Virus record (IMG/VR): IMGVR_UViG_3300027764_000001
Coordinates: 1,302-65,301 of that record
Reading direction: 5' to 3' (one strand)
Source of the DNA: a virus
Lineage: Duplodnaviria; Caudoviricetes
Length of the DNA: 64,000 nt
Below are positions 49,456 through 56,130 of the stretch, piece by piece (the first letter of the stretch is position 1; each line of letters opens with the position of its first letter). Position numbers and translations under genes: made by a program. The notes beneath the pieces are model-generated. The model saw only the letters and a program-made list of their open reading frames with translations, was not told where the DNA came from and did not search any database.

Positions 49456-49566
49456 CTAAGACTCGTCTGGTTCTGTTTCAAACTCACAATGTTCAAGACA
49501 ATCAGCGCATAATTCATCAAATATGTAGTGTCTACCAGCACTACAACAATTACTATATTCTTCCAT
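49456..49566 (-). CDS. small Cys-rich acidic protein (36 aa)
   Basis: Hand-translated MEEYSNCCSAGRHYIFDELCADCLEHCEFETEPDES. Confidence 0.5.
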   Translation of the reverse strand: MEEYSNCCSAGRHYIFDELCADCLEHCEFETEPDES

Positions 49567-49587
49567 AATATTTATTTGTTTTAAATG

Positions 49588-49797
49588 TTACTTTCTACGC
49601 CACGACTTGTGAACCGCTGCGCTTAGTTCTTGACTTACAATCTGAATTGTATTACCGGTTTTATGTTCTATGATAGGTATATAACTATACGTTTTCATAG
49701 TTGAACAGTTTACACATTTAGTATAACCTAACTCTATCCTAACAGGATGCATTTGACTTCCACATCTACAATACATAATATTAATTTTTAAATTCAC
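49588..49797 (-). CDS. zinc-finger protein
   Basis: CRCG...CVNC; downstream of promoter copy 2. Confidence 0.6.
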   Translation of the reverse strand: MNLKINIMYCRCGSQMHPVRIELGYTKCVNCSTMKTYSYIPIIEHKTGNTIQIVSQELSAAVHKSWRRK

Positions 49798-49798
49798 A

Positions 49799-49831
49799 TA
49801 TATTATCTTGCTATTTTATTAATAAGTCCGT
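49799..49831 (-). promoter_or_regulatory. early promoter motif copy 2
   Basis: Minus strand ACGGACTTA-N15-GATAATAT. Confidence 0.75.
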
Positions 49832-49960
49832 AAGGCATTCAGGTGTATCTTCTAATCTGTATAATTCAATTATTACTTGTTGTTGGTACATAGTCAAACA
49901 GTCATAAGACATATCGAAATATTCTTTAGATAATGAATCTAAACTTGCCATAATACTCAT
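49811..49960 (-). CDS. small hypothetical protein (49 aa)
   Basis: ATGA overlap with the upstream stop; MSIMASLDSLSKEYF... Confidence 0.45.
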   Translation of the reverse strand: MSIMASLDSLSKEYFDMSYDCLTMYQQQVIIELYRLEDTPECLTDLLIK

Positions 49961-50277
49961 GATAATAAACTTACTTTAGCTAATAAATCTTTTGTTTCTC
50001 TTAAAATCATTTTATCTTTGATAGTAAGATCTAATCCACCTTTTATATTTCTATAAAGATCGTTTACACTACGGTGATTATAATCTACTGGCTCGTTATA
50101 TGTACCGCAATGACTTTTCTTATAACCACTTGCTTGATAAAGATAATCACCACTGTAATCACCATTTTCTTTTAAGAAAGATTTTATCTGATTAGTTATA
50201 TCGTTTGCAAAATCTCTAATCTTTTGATCTACTTTATCTTCGATCAATTTGTCTAATTTACCTGTTGTATTTGACAT
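49957..50277 (-). CDS. hypothetical protein
   Basis: 106 aa ORF. Confidence 0.65.
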   Translation of the reverse strand: MSNTTGKLDKLIEDKVDQKIRDFANDITNQIKSFLKENGDYSGDYLYQASGYKKSHCGTYNEPVDYNHRSVNDLYRNIKGGLDLTIKDKMILRETKDLLAKVSLLS

Positions 50278-50298
50278 AGTTATATAGTTTAATGTTAG

Positions 50299-50370
50299 TA
50301 GTCAGAGCAGGAATCGAACCTGCATTGTGGGCAACTGATCGGCCTGAGTTTACCATTACTCCTTCTGACT
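50299..50370 (-). tRNA. tRNA-like gene with a non-canonical anticodon arm
   Basis: Acceptor AGTCAGA/TCTGACT+A, D-arm GAGT-AATGGTAA-ACTC, T-arm GCAGG-TTCGATT-CCTGC; anticodon arm GGCCGATCAGTTGCCC is imperfect. Confidence 0.65.
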
Positions 50371-50378
50371 CCGGTTGT

Positions 50379-50900
50379 TTAGTTTCTGCGTATTGTACTA
50401 ATTAAATCGCTAAACAAAGCGTGTATAGCAGCTAATTCTGGCATCTCATTACTAGCTTTTGTTTCAGTAATTTTGTTTAATGGTTTAATCCATTTGCCTT
50501 GTTTAAACACTTTAATGTTACTGTAAAAGAAATCACCGTTAGCTAATAACTCATTAGGATAACCTTTTACAATTTCACCGTGCTTAGTCATGACACCAAT
50601 AGCGAAACCACGTCTTTCAGCTTCTTCAGTGTATACATCTAAATCATTTTTTGTCTTACTACTACTAGATCGTTGCTCGTCTATGTCGTCCCAAAACTGT
50701 TGACCTTCAGGCGATTGACTCCAGCTAAAAGCCATAGACAATGGTAGATCTTGATTAATACACCGAGTACCGTCTTCGATACCTCTTTGTCTTACTACGT
50801 TACTAAATACTTTTTCCCAGTGCTCTTTTGGCACTTCACTTAATTGAATTCCCATGATAATATAATTTAAAGTTAATGATACAAATTTATTCTTCGCCAC
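50379..50900 (-). CDS. hypothetical protein
   Basis: 173 aa ORF (start may be the internal Met). Confidence 0.65.
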   Translation of the reverse strand: MAKNKFVSLTLNYIIMGIQLSEVPKEHWEKVFSNVVRQRGIEDGTRCINQDLPLSMAFSWSQSPEGQQFWDDIDEQRSSSSKTKNDLDVYTEEAERRGFAIGVMTKHGEIVKGYPNELLANGDFFYSNIKVFKQGKWIKPLNKITETKASNEMPELAAIHALFSDLISTIRRN

Positions 50901-51111
50901 GTCTTACGTGTCTATGATTCCACAATCTAGTACAAGAGAATTTCTTGCTTTTACTGAATGTAGACTTCTGCCTAATTATTATACTGTTGTATTCTATGTT
51001 TGTTAAACCGCTACACTTTTTCTCGTTAGTGTTATTAACTAGATGTTGTTCTATTCTTTGTCTACGAATATTGTTACAATAATCCATAGCTGCTACTGCT
51101 GTTGCTTCCAT
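50887..51111 (-). CDS. hypothetical protein
   Basis: 74 aa ORF. Confidence 0.55.
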   Translation of the reverse strand: MEATAVAAMDYCNNIRRQRIEQHLVNNTNEKKCSGLTNIEYNSIIIRQKSTFSKSKKFSCTRLWNHRHVRRGEE

Positions 51112-51113
51112 AG

Positions 51114-51302
51114 TTAATTATTTATTTCTAAATTTAATTTCTCAGTTGTCATATACTCTACGTTACTGATACTAAAATTATCAGTTATATAATCTTCTAT
51201 ATATTCTTCAATATCTAAACCATCTGGTATCTTATGTATTATAACTCTACCATTCATAAAATCTAATATGCTTAAATACATAGTTATGTTCTTTGCACCC
51301 AC
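51114..51302 (-). CDS. hypothetical protein
   Basis: 62 aa ORF. Confidence 0.55.
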   Translation of the reverse strand: MGAKNITMYLSILDFMNGRVIIHKIPDGLDIEEYIEDYITDNFSISNVEYMTTEKLNLEINN

Positions 51303-51392
51303 GCTGCTGCGTTAGCTAAATTAATAAATGTTACTTTGAACTTTAATAGTAATACACTGATAATGTTTGCTTGCTTTTTCATAGTTAATTGT

Positions 51393-51575
51393 TTAAGGGT
51401 TGTTATATACTAATTCTAATATTTCTTCTAATATAATACTGCGCTCGTAATTAGAATTCCAACTACACTGAGTGTAAATGTATTCTGATATCTCTCTGAC
51501 TATCTGGTCTCTGCTTCCGCCGCATTTGACGAAAGCTTTGAAACCATCGATAGCATCATTAACCTGCTGGCTCAT
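51393..51575 (-). CDS. hypothetical protein
   Basis: 60 aa ORF. Confidence 0.55.
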   Translation of the reverse strand: MSQQVNDAIDGFKAFVKCGGSRDQIVREISEYIYTQCSWNSNYERSIILEEILELVYNNP

Positions 51576-51576
51576 A

Positions 51577-51783
51577 TTACCAACCAGTGTTTAAATCATC
51601 TTTTAATATAAAAGTCCAACCTTTGTGGTTAAACCATGAAGTTAAACCATCTTGCTCTTTATCTTCGTTATAAATGAAGGCAAATCTTGCTGGTAAATTA
51701 CCAATTAAAAAACCACGGTATTCTCTTTTGTTTAACCAGATAGTTGAACCTCTTCTTTTGTAAGTTTGAACTGTTGTTGACAT
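51577..51783 (-). CDS. hypothetical protein
   Basis: 68 aa ORF downstream of promoter copy 3. Confidence 0.6.
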   Translation of the reverse strand: MSTTVQTYKRRGSTIWLNKREYRGFLIGNLPARFAFIYNEDKEQDGLTSWFNHKGWTFILKDDLNTGW

Positions 51784-51825
51784 AGTAAATAGGTATTAAA
51801 GATTAATATTAAATTTAATTTCGAA

Positions 51826-51860
51826 TATATTATCTGACTTGTTTATTATTAAGTTCGTGA
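51826..51860 (-). promoter_or_regulatory. early promoter motif copy 3 (variant)
   Basis: Minus strand TCACGAACTTA-N15-GATAATATA. Confidence 0.7.
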
Positions 51861-52106
51861 AGATATTATAAATGTACTTACATAACAATCTTCTTCTTCA
51901 TTATACTCATCGGTATTATCAGGGTATTCATCTAATAATTCACCGTATATATTATCTTTGAAAGACTCCAAAGTATGGTGTATTATTAATAAATGAACTG
52001 GTACTTCATCACCACTAGGATCTTGCCAGTAACCAGGTTCCATGTTAAATTCTTTTAGACCATTCATGGTTGATACTACTTTCGCTAATAGATTAAAATC
52101 TCGCAT
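51849..52106 (-). CDS. hypothetical acidic protein
   Basis: 85 aa, D/E-rich C-terminus. Confidence 0.55.
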   Translation of the reverse strand: MRDFNLLAKVVSTMNGLKEFNMEPGYWQDPSGDEVPVHLLIIHHTLESFKDNIYGELLDEYPDNTDEYNEEEDCYVSTFIISSRT

Positions 52107-52225
52107 AGTTTAAGGTGTTAAAATGTTTATTAGATAAAAATGGTTAGGAGGTATATTACTACATCTCTATGAGTCTTATAACACTTTTTAAATAATTTAC
52201 ACTTGGTTGGTTGATTAATTTCATA

Positions 52226-52260
52226 TATATTATCTGAAGTGAAACAAAATAAGTCCGTGA
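52226..52260 (-). promoter_or_regulatory. early promoter motif copy 4
   Basis: Minus strand TCACGGACTTA-N15-GATAATATA. Confidence 0.8.
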
Positions 52261-52322
52261 AGTGTATAGCAAAAGCTACTAAACAGGAAATAATGGCACA
52301 ACAAAGCAGTTAATTTAAAAAC

Positions 52323-52368
52323 TGTGACATTAGGGTATTATATTATATAGTAACAGGCTATTGTCACA
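52323..52368. promoter_or_regulatory. 46-bp inverted-repeat site B (candidate origin/operator)
   Basis: TGTGACATTAG-N24(AT-rich)-CTATTGTCACA, same as site A. Confidence 0.75.
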
Positions 52369-52401
52369 CTTTTGTAGTGTATATTTTCACTAAAAAAAGA
52401 T

Positions 52402-52427
52402 AAAAAAAAGACCACCGAAGTGGCCTT
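52402..52427 (-). terminator. Rho-independent terminator
   Basis: Minus strand AAGGCCAC-TTCG-GTGGTC-TTTTTTTT. Confidence 0.85.
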
Positions 52428-52436
52428 CTTCAATAA

Positions 52437-52730
52437 TTATACCAATGTTGGTAAATTTCTTACAAAGACTGGTAAATCTTTCGAGTTAGTATAACTACCA
52501 TACTTGTCGAAGCAAGGCATTAAGTCGAATTTTGCTCGTAAAGCATTATAAACTAAGTCGTGGTTATAGACTTTTAACTCATTCTTATGATTAGTAAAAC
52601 TAATTATAGTATTACTACCAATTAATGACTTACGAATAACAAACCTTTTAGTAGTTAGTTGATTTGTAGTTGAAACTACTGCAGGAGCTGCCACTGGCGC
52701 TACAACTGCACTTGATTTTTTTACTGACAT
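52437..52730 (-). CDS. early protein paralogue 1 of 3 (TTKRFVIRKSLIG family)
   Basis: Shares blocks LTTKRFVIR.SLIG.NT, Y.HD.VY, MPCF.KYGSYTN, LP.FVR.L with 53159 and 53704. Confidence 0.85.
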   Translation of the reverse strand: MSVKKSSAVVAPVAAPAVVSTTNQLTTKRFVIRKSLIGSNTIISFTNHKNELKVYNHDLVYNALRAKFDLMPCFDKYGSYTNSKDLPVFVRNLPTLV

Positions 52731-52774
52731 AGTATATAAAATTAAAATTATAAAGATTATTATTAATCTTCGTA

Positions 52775-52809
52775 TATATTATCAATAATAAAATGTCGTA
52801 AGTCCGTGA
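52775..52809 (-). promoter_or_regulatory. early promoter motif copy 5
   Basis: Minus strand TCACGGACTTA-N15-GATAATATA. Confidence 0.8.
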
Positions 52810-52931
52810 AGTGCTATACATAATCGACCTTAATACTATAAGTAGCGATTAAAGTCAGCTCTGCCTGCCCATTCCACAGTTAAGTAGAGTAAAAGCTACT
52901 ATTTCTAGCAGCTTATTTAGTGACTATGTTG

Positions 52932-53105
52932 TTATAACTCTGTAAATTCTATTAAACTGTTATCAGAGTTAGATATTGTAGCATCAAATGATACTGTTAT
53001 AACTCTCACTAGTACATCATCTTCATATATGAATGTATTTGTACCATCTGTGTATTCTGTGTACACTGTGCCAGATTCTTTGCTGACTGCTTTAAGTAAT
53101 TTCAT
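52932..53105 (-). CDS. small acidic protein (57 aa, not in the ORF track)
   Basis: Hand-translated MKLLKAVSKESGTVYTEYTDGTNTFIYEDDVLVRVITVSFDATISNSDNSLIEFTEL. Confidence 0.55.
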   Translation of the reverse strand: MKLLKAVSKESGTVYTEYTDGTNTFIYEDDVLVRVITVSFDATISNSDNSLIEFTEL

Positions 53106-53158
53106 AAGATATAATTTAAGATTAATAAGCAGTTTATTGACTTGCTTAGGTCATTTTA

Positions 53159-53395
53159 TTAGACTATTTCTTTTAAGTTTCTAACAAATAGTGGTAGATT
53201 GTTAGTATTAGTATAACTACCATACTTATTAAAACAAGGCATACTTTCAAACTTATCTTTTAGTTGATTGTAGACTTTGTCATGGTCATAAGTCATTACT
53301 ACATTTTTGTTGTTAGTAAATGATACTACTGTGTTTGTACCAATTAGACTTCTTCTAATTACAAATCTTTTTGTTGTTAATTCTACTTTAGACAT
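53159..53395 (-). CDS. early protein paralogue 2 of 3
   Basis: Same conserved blocks as 52437-52730. Confidence 0.85.
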   Translation of the reverse strand: MSKVELTTKRFVIRRSLIGTNTVVSFTNNKNVVMTYDHDKVYNQLKDKFESMPCFNKYGSYTNTNNLPLFVRNLKEIV

Positions 53396-53437
53396 AATAT
53401 ATAAATTAAATTATAAAGATTAAAATTAATCTTCATA

Positions 53438-53471
53438 TATATTATCTTAATAAAAAACTTGTAAGTCCGTG
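53438..53471 (-). promoter_or_regulatory. early promoter motif copy 6
   Basis: Minus strand CACGGACTTA-N15-GATAATATA. Confidence 0.8.
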
Positions 53472-53494
53472 TGGTTGCTATACATATTGATGCT

Positions 53495-53520
53495 AAAAAA
53501 AGACCACATATAGTGGCCTT
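53495..53520 (-). terminator. Rho-independent terminator
   Basis: Minus strand AAGGCCAC-tatat-GTGGTC-TTTTTTT; same stem as 52402. Confidence 0.8.
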
Positions 53521-53539
53521 ATTTAATTGTTATGATATG

Positions 53540-53641
53540 TTACACTGACATCATGAATTGTAATGCGAAGTATACTCCGATGTATAATGAAAGTACTATT
53601 AGTGGTTTGATCTGTTGTAATGTGTTAGATAAATGTCTCAT
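53540..53641 (-). CDS. small membrane peptide (33 aa)
   Basis: Hand-translated MRHLSNTLQQIKPLIVLSLYIGVYFALQFMMSV. Confidence 0.45.
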   Translation of the reverse strand: MRHLSNTLQQIKPLIVLSLYIGVYFALQFMMSV

Positions 53642-53703
53642 GATTATATGATTTAGTTAGATTAATAAAATAAGCAGTTTAACGATTTGCTTAGATCGAT
53701 TCA

Positions 53704-53970
53704 TTATACTATTTCTTTTAAAGCTCTTACGAACGCTGGCAGATTATTAGTATTAGTATAACTACCGTATTTAGCGAAGCATGGCATTGCATCAAACTTA
53801 GCTTTTAACTGATCATATACTTTATCATGATTATAAGTACATTCAATACTTTTATTATTCATGAATGTAATTACTGTATTCGTACCGATTAATGATTTTC
53901 TGATTACGAATCTTTTAGTAGTCAATACTACTTGTGGTGCTGCTGCTGCAACTGCTGTTGATTTTGACAT
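53704..53970 (-). CDS. early protein paralogue 3 of 3
   Basis: Same conserved blocks as 52437-52730. Confidence 0.85.
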   Translation of the reverse strand: MSKSTAVAAAAPQVVLTTKRFVIRKSLIGTNTVITFMNNKSIECTYNHDKVYDQLKAKFDAMPCFAKYGSYTNTNNLPAFVRALKEIV

Positions 53971-54013
53971 AGTTTATTATATTAAATTATAAAGATCTTA
54001 ATTAATCTTCATA

Positions 54014-54048
54014 TATATTATCAACATCATATTGTAGTAAATCCGTGA
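54014..54048 (-). promoter_or_regulatory. early promoter motif copy 7 (degenerate tandem copy 8 at 54051-54083)
   Basis: Minus strand TCACGGATTTA-N15-GATAATATA; upstream CACGGAGTTA-N15-GATGTTAT. Confidence 0.75.
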
Positions 54049-54382
54049 ACATAACATCTTATTAAGATCGTAGTAACTCCGTGCGAGTGCTATACATACG
54101 CATAAGGTAAAAGCTAAATCCTATTACGACATCACGCGCGTATGACTCACATCATCAACCTAAAGGTTAAAAAGTTGGGGGACCCGGCAATTTGAAAAGC
54201 GTTTTCCTTTTCGAAAATAAAAGTAGAAGCCAGGTAGTAACACTCAAATTCTCCTCATCTCATCAAATTCACCCAGGCCCTTAAAAATTTTTTTAATATT
54301 TTTTTTTCTTATACCTCATTGGGTACAATACTTTACATTTAAGGGCATAATATACCTGATTTGGTATAATGTAAATATTTAC

Positions 54383-54398
54383 TTTTTCGTGTGATTAG
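54383..54398 (+). promoter_or_regulatory. putative late promoter motif
   Basis: TTTTTCGTGTGATTAG before the first + strand gene. Confidence 0.35.
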
Positions 54399-54430
54399 AA
54401 AGAGTATATATCACTCGTTAAAAATAGACT

Positions 54431-54721
54431 ATGGCATTTCAATTAAGGAGTCAATCTTTAGAAAATCAATCACCTTTATTAAAGCAGAAACTTTCTCCAA
54501 AAGCGGCTAAGGCCAAAGCTGAGAGAGATCTTGCCTATGCTAAAACTGATGATAGACGAAAGAAGAAAGCGCACTCACAAAGAATGCACCGCAAATACCC
54601 TAATGGTAAAGGTAAGGATTGGGATCATGAAGACGGTAGGTTTGAATCTGTTAAACAGAATAGAGGTAACGAAGGAGAAGGAACAAAGAAAGAAAGTGGT
54701 AAAAGATATAAAGTAAAGTAA
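54431..54721 (+). CDS. basic protein with a degenerate HNH-like C-terminus
   Basis: GKDWDH...SVKQNRG; SPLLKQ motif. Confidence 0.55.
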   Translation: MAFQLRSQSLENQSPLLKQKLSPKAAKAKAERDLAYAKTDDRRKKKAHSQRMHRKYPNGKGKDWDHEDGRFESVKQNRGNEGEGTKKESGKRYKVK

Positions 54722-54722
54722 T

Positions 54723-54902
54723 ATGAAAGGAATAGGACCGCAAGGATTAGGTACAAGAAAGAATAACGGTTATACGGTAGGAGAAAGTCCTGCTAAACAG
54801 ACTGTTAAAGATGCTTGTTATAGAAAAGTAAAAGCTACGTATAAGGTATTTCCTTCTGCTTATGCTTCAGGTGCTATTGCTAAATGTAGAAAAAATAAAT
54901 AA
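54723..54902 (+). CDS. small basic protein (59 aa, not in the ORF track)
   Basis: Hand-translated MKGIGPQGLG...GESPAKQTVKDACYRKVKATYKVFPSAYASGAIAKCRKNK; TAATG overlap with the next gene. Confidence 0.7.
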   Translation: MKGIGPQGLGTRKNNGYTVGESPAKQTVKDACYRKVKATYKVFPSAYASGAIAKCRKNK

Positions 54903-55174
54903 TGTATACTTCACCATTACAAGCAATTCGTAAAACTGATAAAGGAGCATCGTTGAAAAGATGGTTCGCCGAGAAGTGGACTGACGAGAAAGGCAACGAG
55001 TGTGGTTCTTCTAAAAATAAGAACACTAAAGTATGCAGACCTTCTAAAAGAGTAAATAGTAATTCTCCAAAACCTTGGGGAGAAATGAATAAAGGAGAAA
55101 AAACTAAAGTCATATCAGCTAAGAAAAAAGTTGGTATGGGCAACAGAAGATCAAGTAGCAGTAATGTATCATAA
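54902..55174 (+). CDS. small basic conserved phage protein
   Basis: LKRWFAEKWTD..CG...CRPSKRV. Confidence 0.7.
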   Translation: MYTSPLQAIRKTDKGASLKRWFAEKWTDEKGNECGSSKNKNTKVCRPSKRVNSNSPKPWGEMNKGEKTKVISAKKKVGMGNRRSSSSNVS

Positions 55175-55184
55175 ATAAAAATAT

Positions 55185-55484
55185 ATGGCAGTCGCAAAAA
55201 AAACAACACCGTTAAAGAAAACAGCAGCTTGGACACGTAAAGAAGGTAAAGATCCAAAAGGAGGATTAAATGCTAAAGGTGTCGCAAGTTATAGAAGAGA
55301 AAACCCAGGTTCTAAATTACAGACTGCTGTAACTAAGAAACCTTCAGAATTAAAAGCAGGTAGTAAAGACGCTAAGCGTAGAAAGTCTTTCTGTGCTAGA
55401 ATGTCTGGTATGCCAGGAGCAATGAAAAAACCAAACGGTGAACCAACAAGAAAGAAACTTGCATTAGACAAGTGGAATTGTTAA
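55185..55484 (+). CDS. small basic conserved phage protein
   Basis: AAWTRKEGK.PKGGLNAKG...RRKSFCARM...KWNC. Confidence 0.75.
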   Translation: MAVAKKTTPLKKTAAWTRKEGKDPKGGLNAKGVASYRRENPGSKLQTAVTKKPSELKAGSKDAKRRKSFCARMSGMPGAMKKPNGEPTRKKLALDKWNC

Positions 55485-55502
55485 ACAACTAATTATATAT
55501 AC

Positions 55503-56129
55503 ATGTCAGGAATAATATCATATCCTGTAGGAGCGCCTCAATTAGACGACTTACTATTAGGTACAGAAATAAAAGAAGATAGTAACTTAACTAGAAACTT
55601 TGAAGTAAGTTCAGTAAGATTATTGTTTGCAGAAAACACACCAATACAAGTTGCTAACTCACTAGTAGCAGAAAGTTCTGTAACAAACTTAGAAGCAACA
55701 GTTGGTGCTACAGATTATATACGTCTAGGTCAAAACGTAAATACTAGTAATAATGATGTTTTTTATGTAGAACAAACCGGTAGATATATATTTAAACCAG
55801 GACTTTACTTTATTAAATTTAAAGCACAAGTTAGTGCTGTTAACATAAGCATACCTGGACACTTATATATAGGTAAGTTTTTTAATGGAACATCAATTGA
55901 TACACCGACTATGGTTAGCGTACCTTTTATTCCAGGATCAACAGCATATTCGGAAAGTTTTTGGTTAAATGTACAAGACGAGGGTGATGAACTAACATTT
56001 GCAATAACAGCTACAACAATACAAGGATCTGATCCAGCTTCTTTAGCGTGTATTGATGTAAACACAAACGGCTGGACTAATCATTCTTCTATTTTCACTA
56101 TAAATATACAAAAAGTAAATCTAGTATAA
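55503..56129 (+). CDS. putative structural protein (beta-sandwich C-terminus)
   Basis: 208 aa at the start of the fibre module. Confidence 0.5.
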   Translation: MSGIISYPVGAPQLDDLLLGTEIKEDSNLTRNFEVSSVRLLFAENTPIQVANSLVAESSVTNLEATVGATDYIRLGQNVNTSNNDVFYVEQTGRYIFKPGLYFIKFKAQVSAVNISIPGHLYIGKFFNGTSIDTPTMVSVPFIPGSTAYSESFWLNVQDEGDELTFAITATTIQGSDPASLACIDVNTNGWTNHSSIFTINIQKVNLV

Positions 56130-56130
56130 C

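Noticed and set aside
52821-52856. Hairpin TAATCG...CTTA-atacta-TAAG...CGATTA as a structured ncRNA
   Set aside because: Single AT-rich imperfect stem with no second copy or covariation evidence; insufficient support
45545-54096. CRISPR-like array from the recurring TAAGTCCGTG motif
   Set aside because: Copies are hundreds to thousands of bp apart, bipartite with a fixed 15-nt gap and upstream of ORFs; no cas genes. These are promoters, not repeats and spacers
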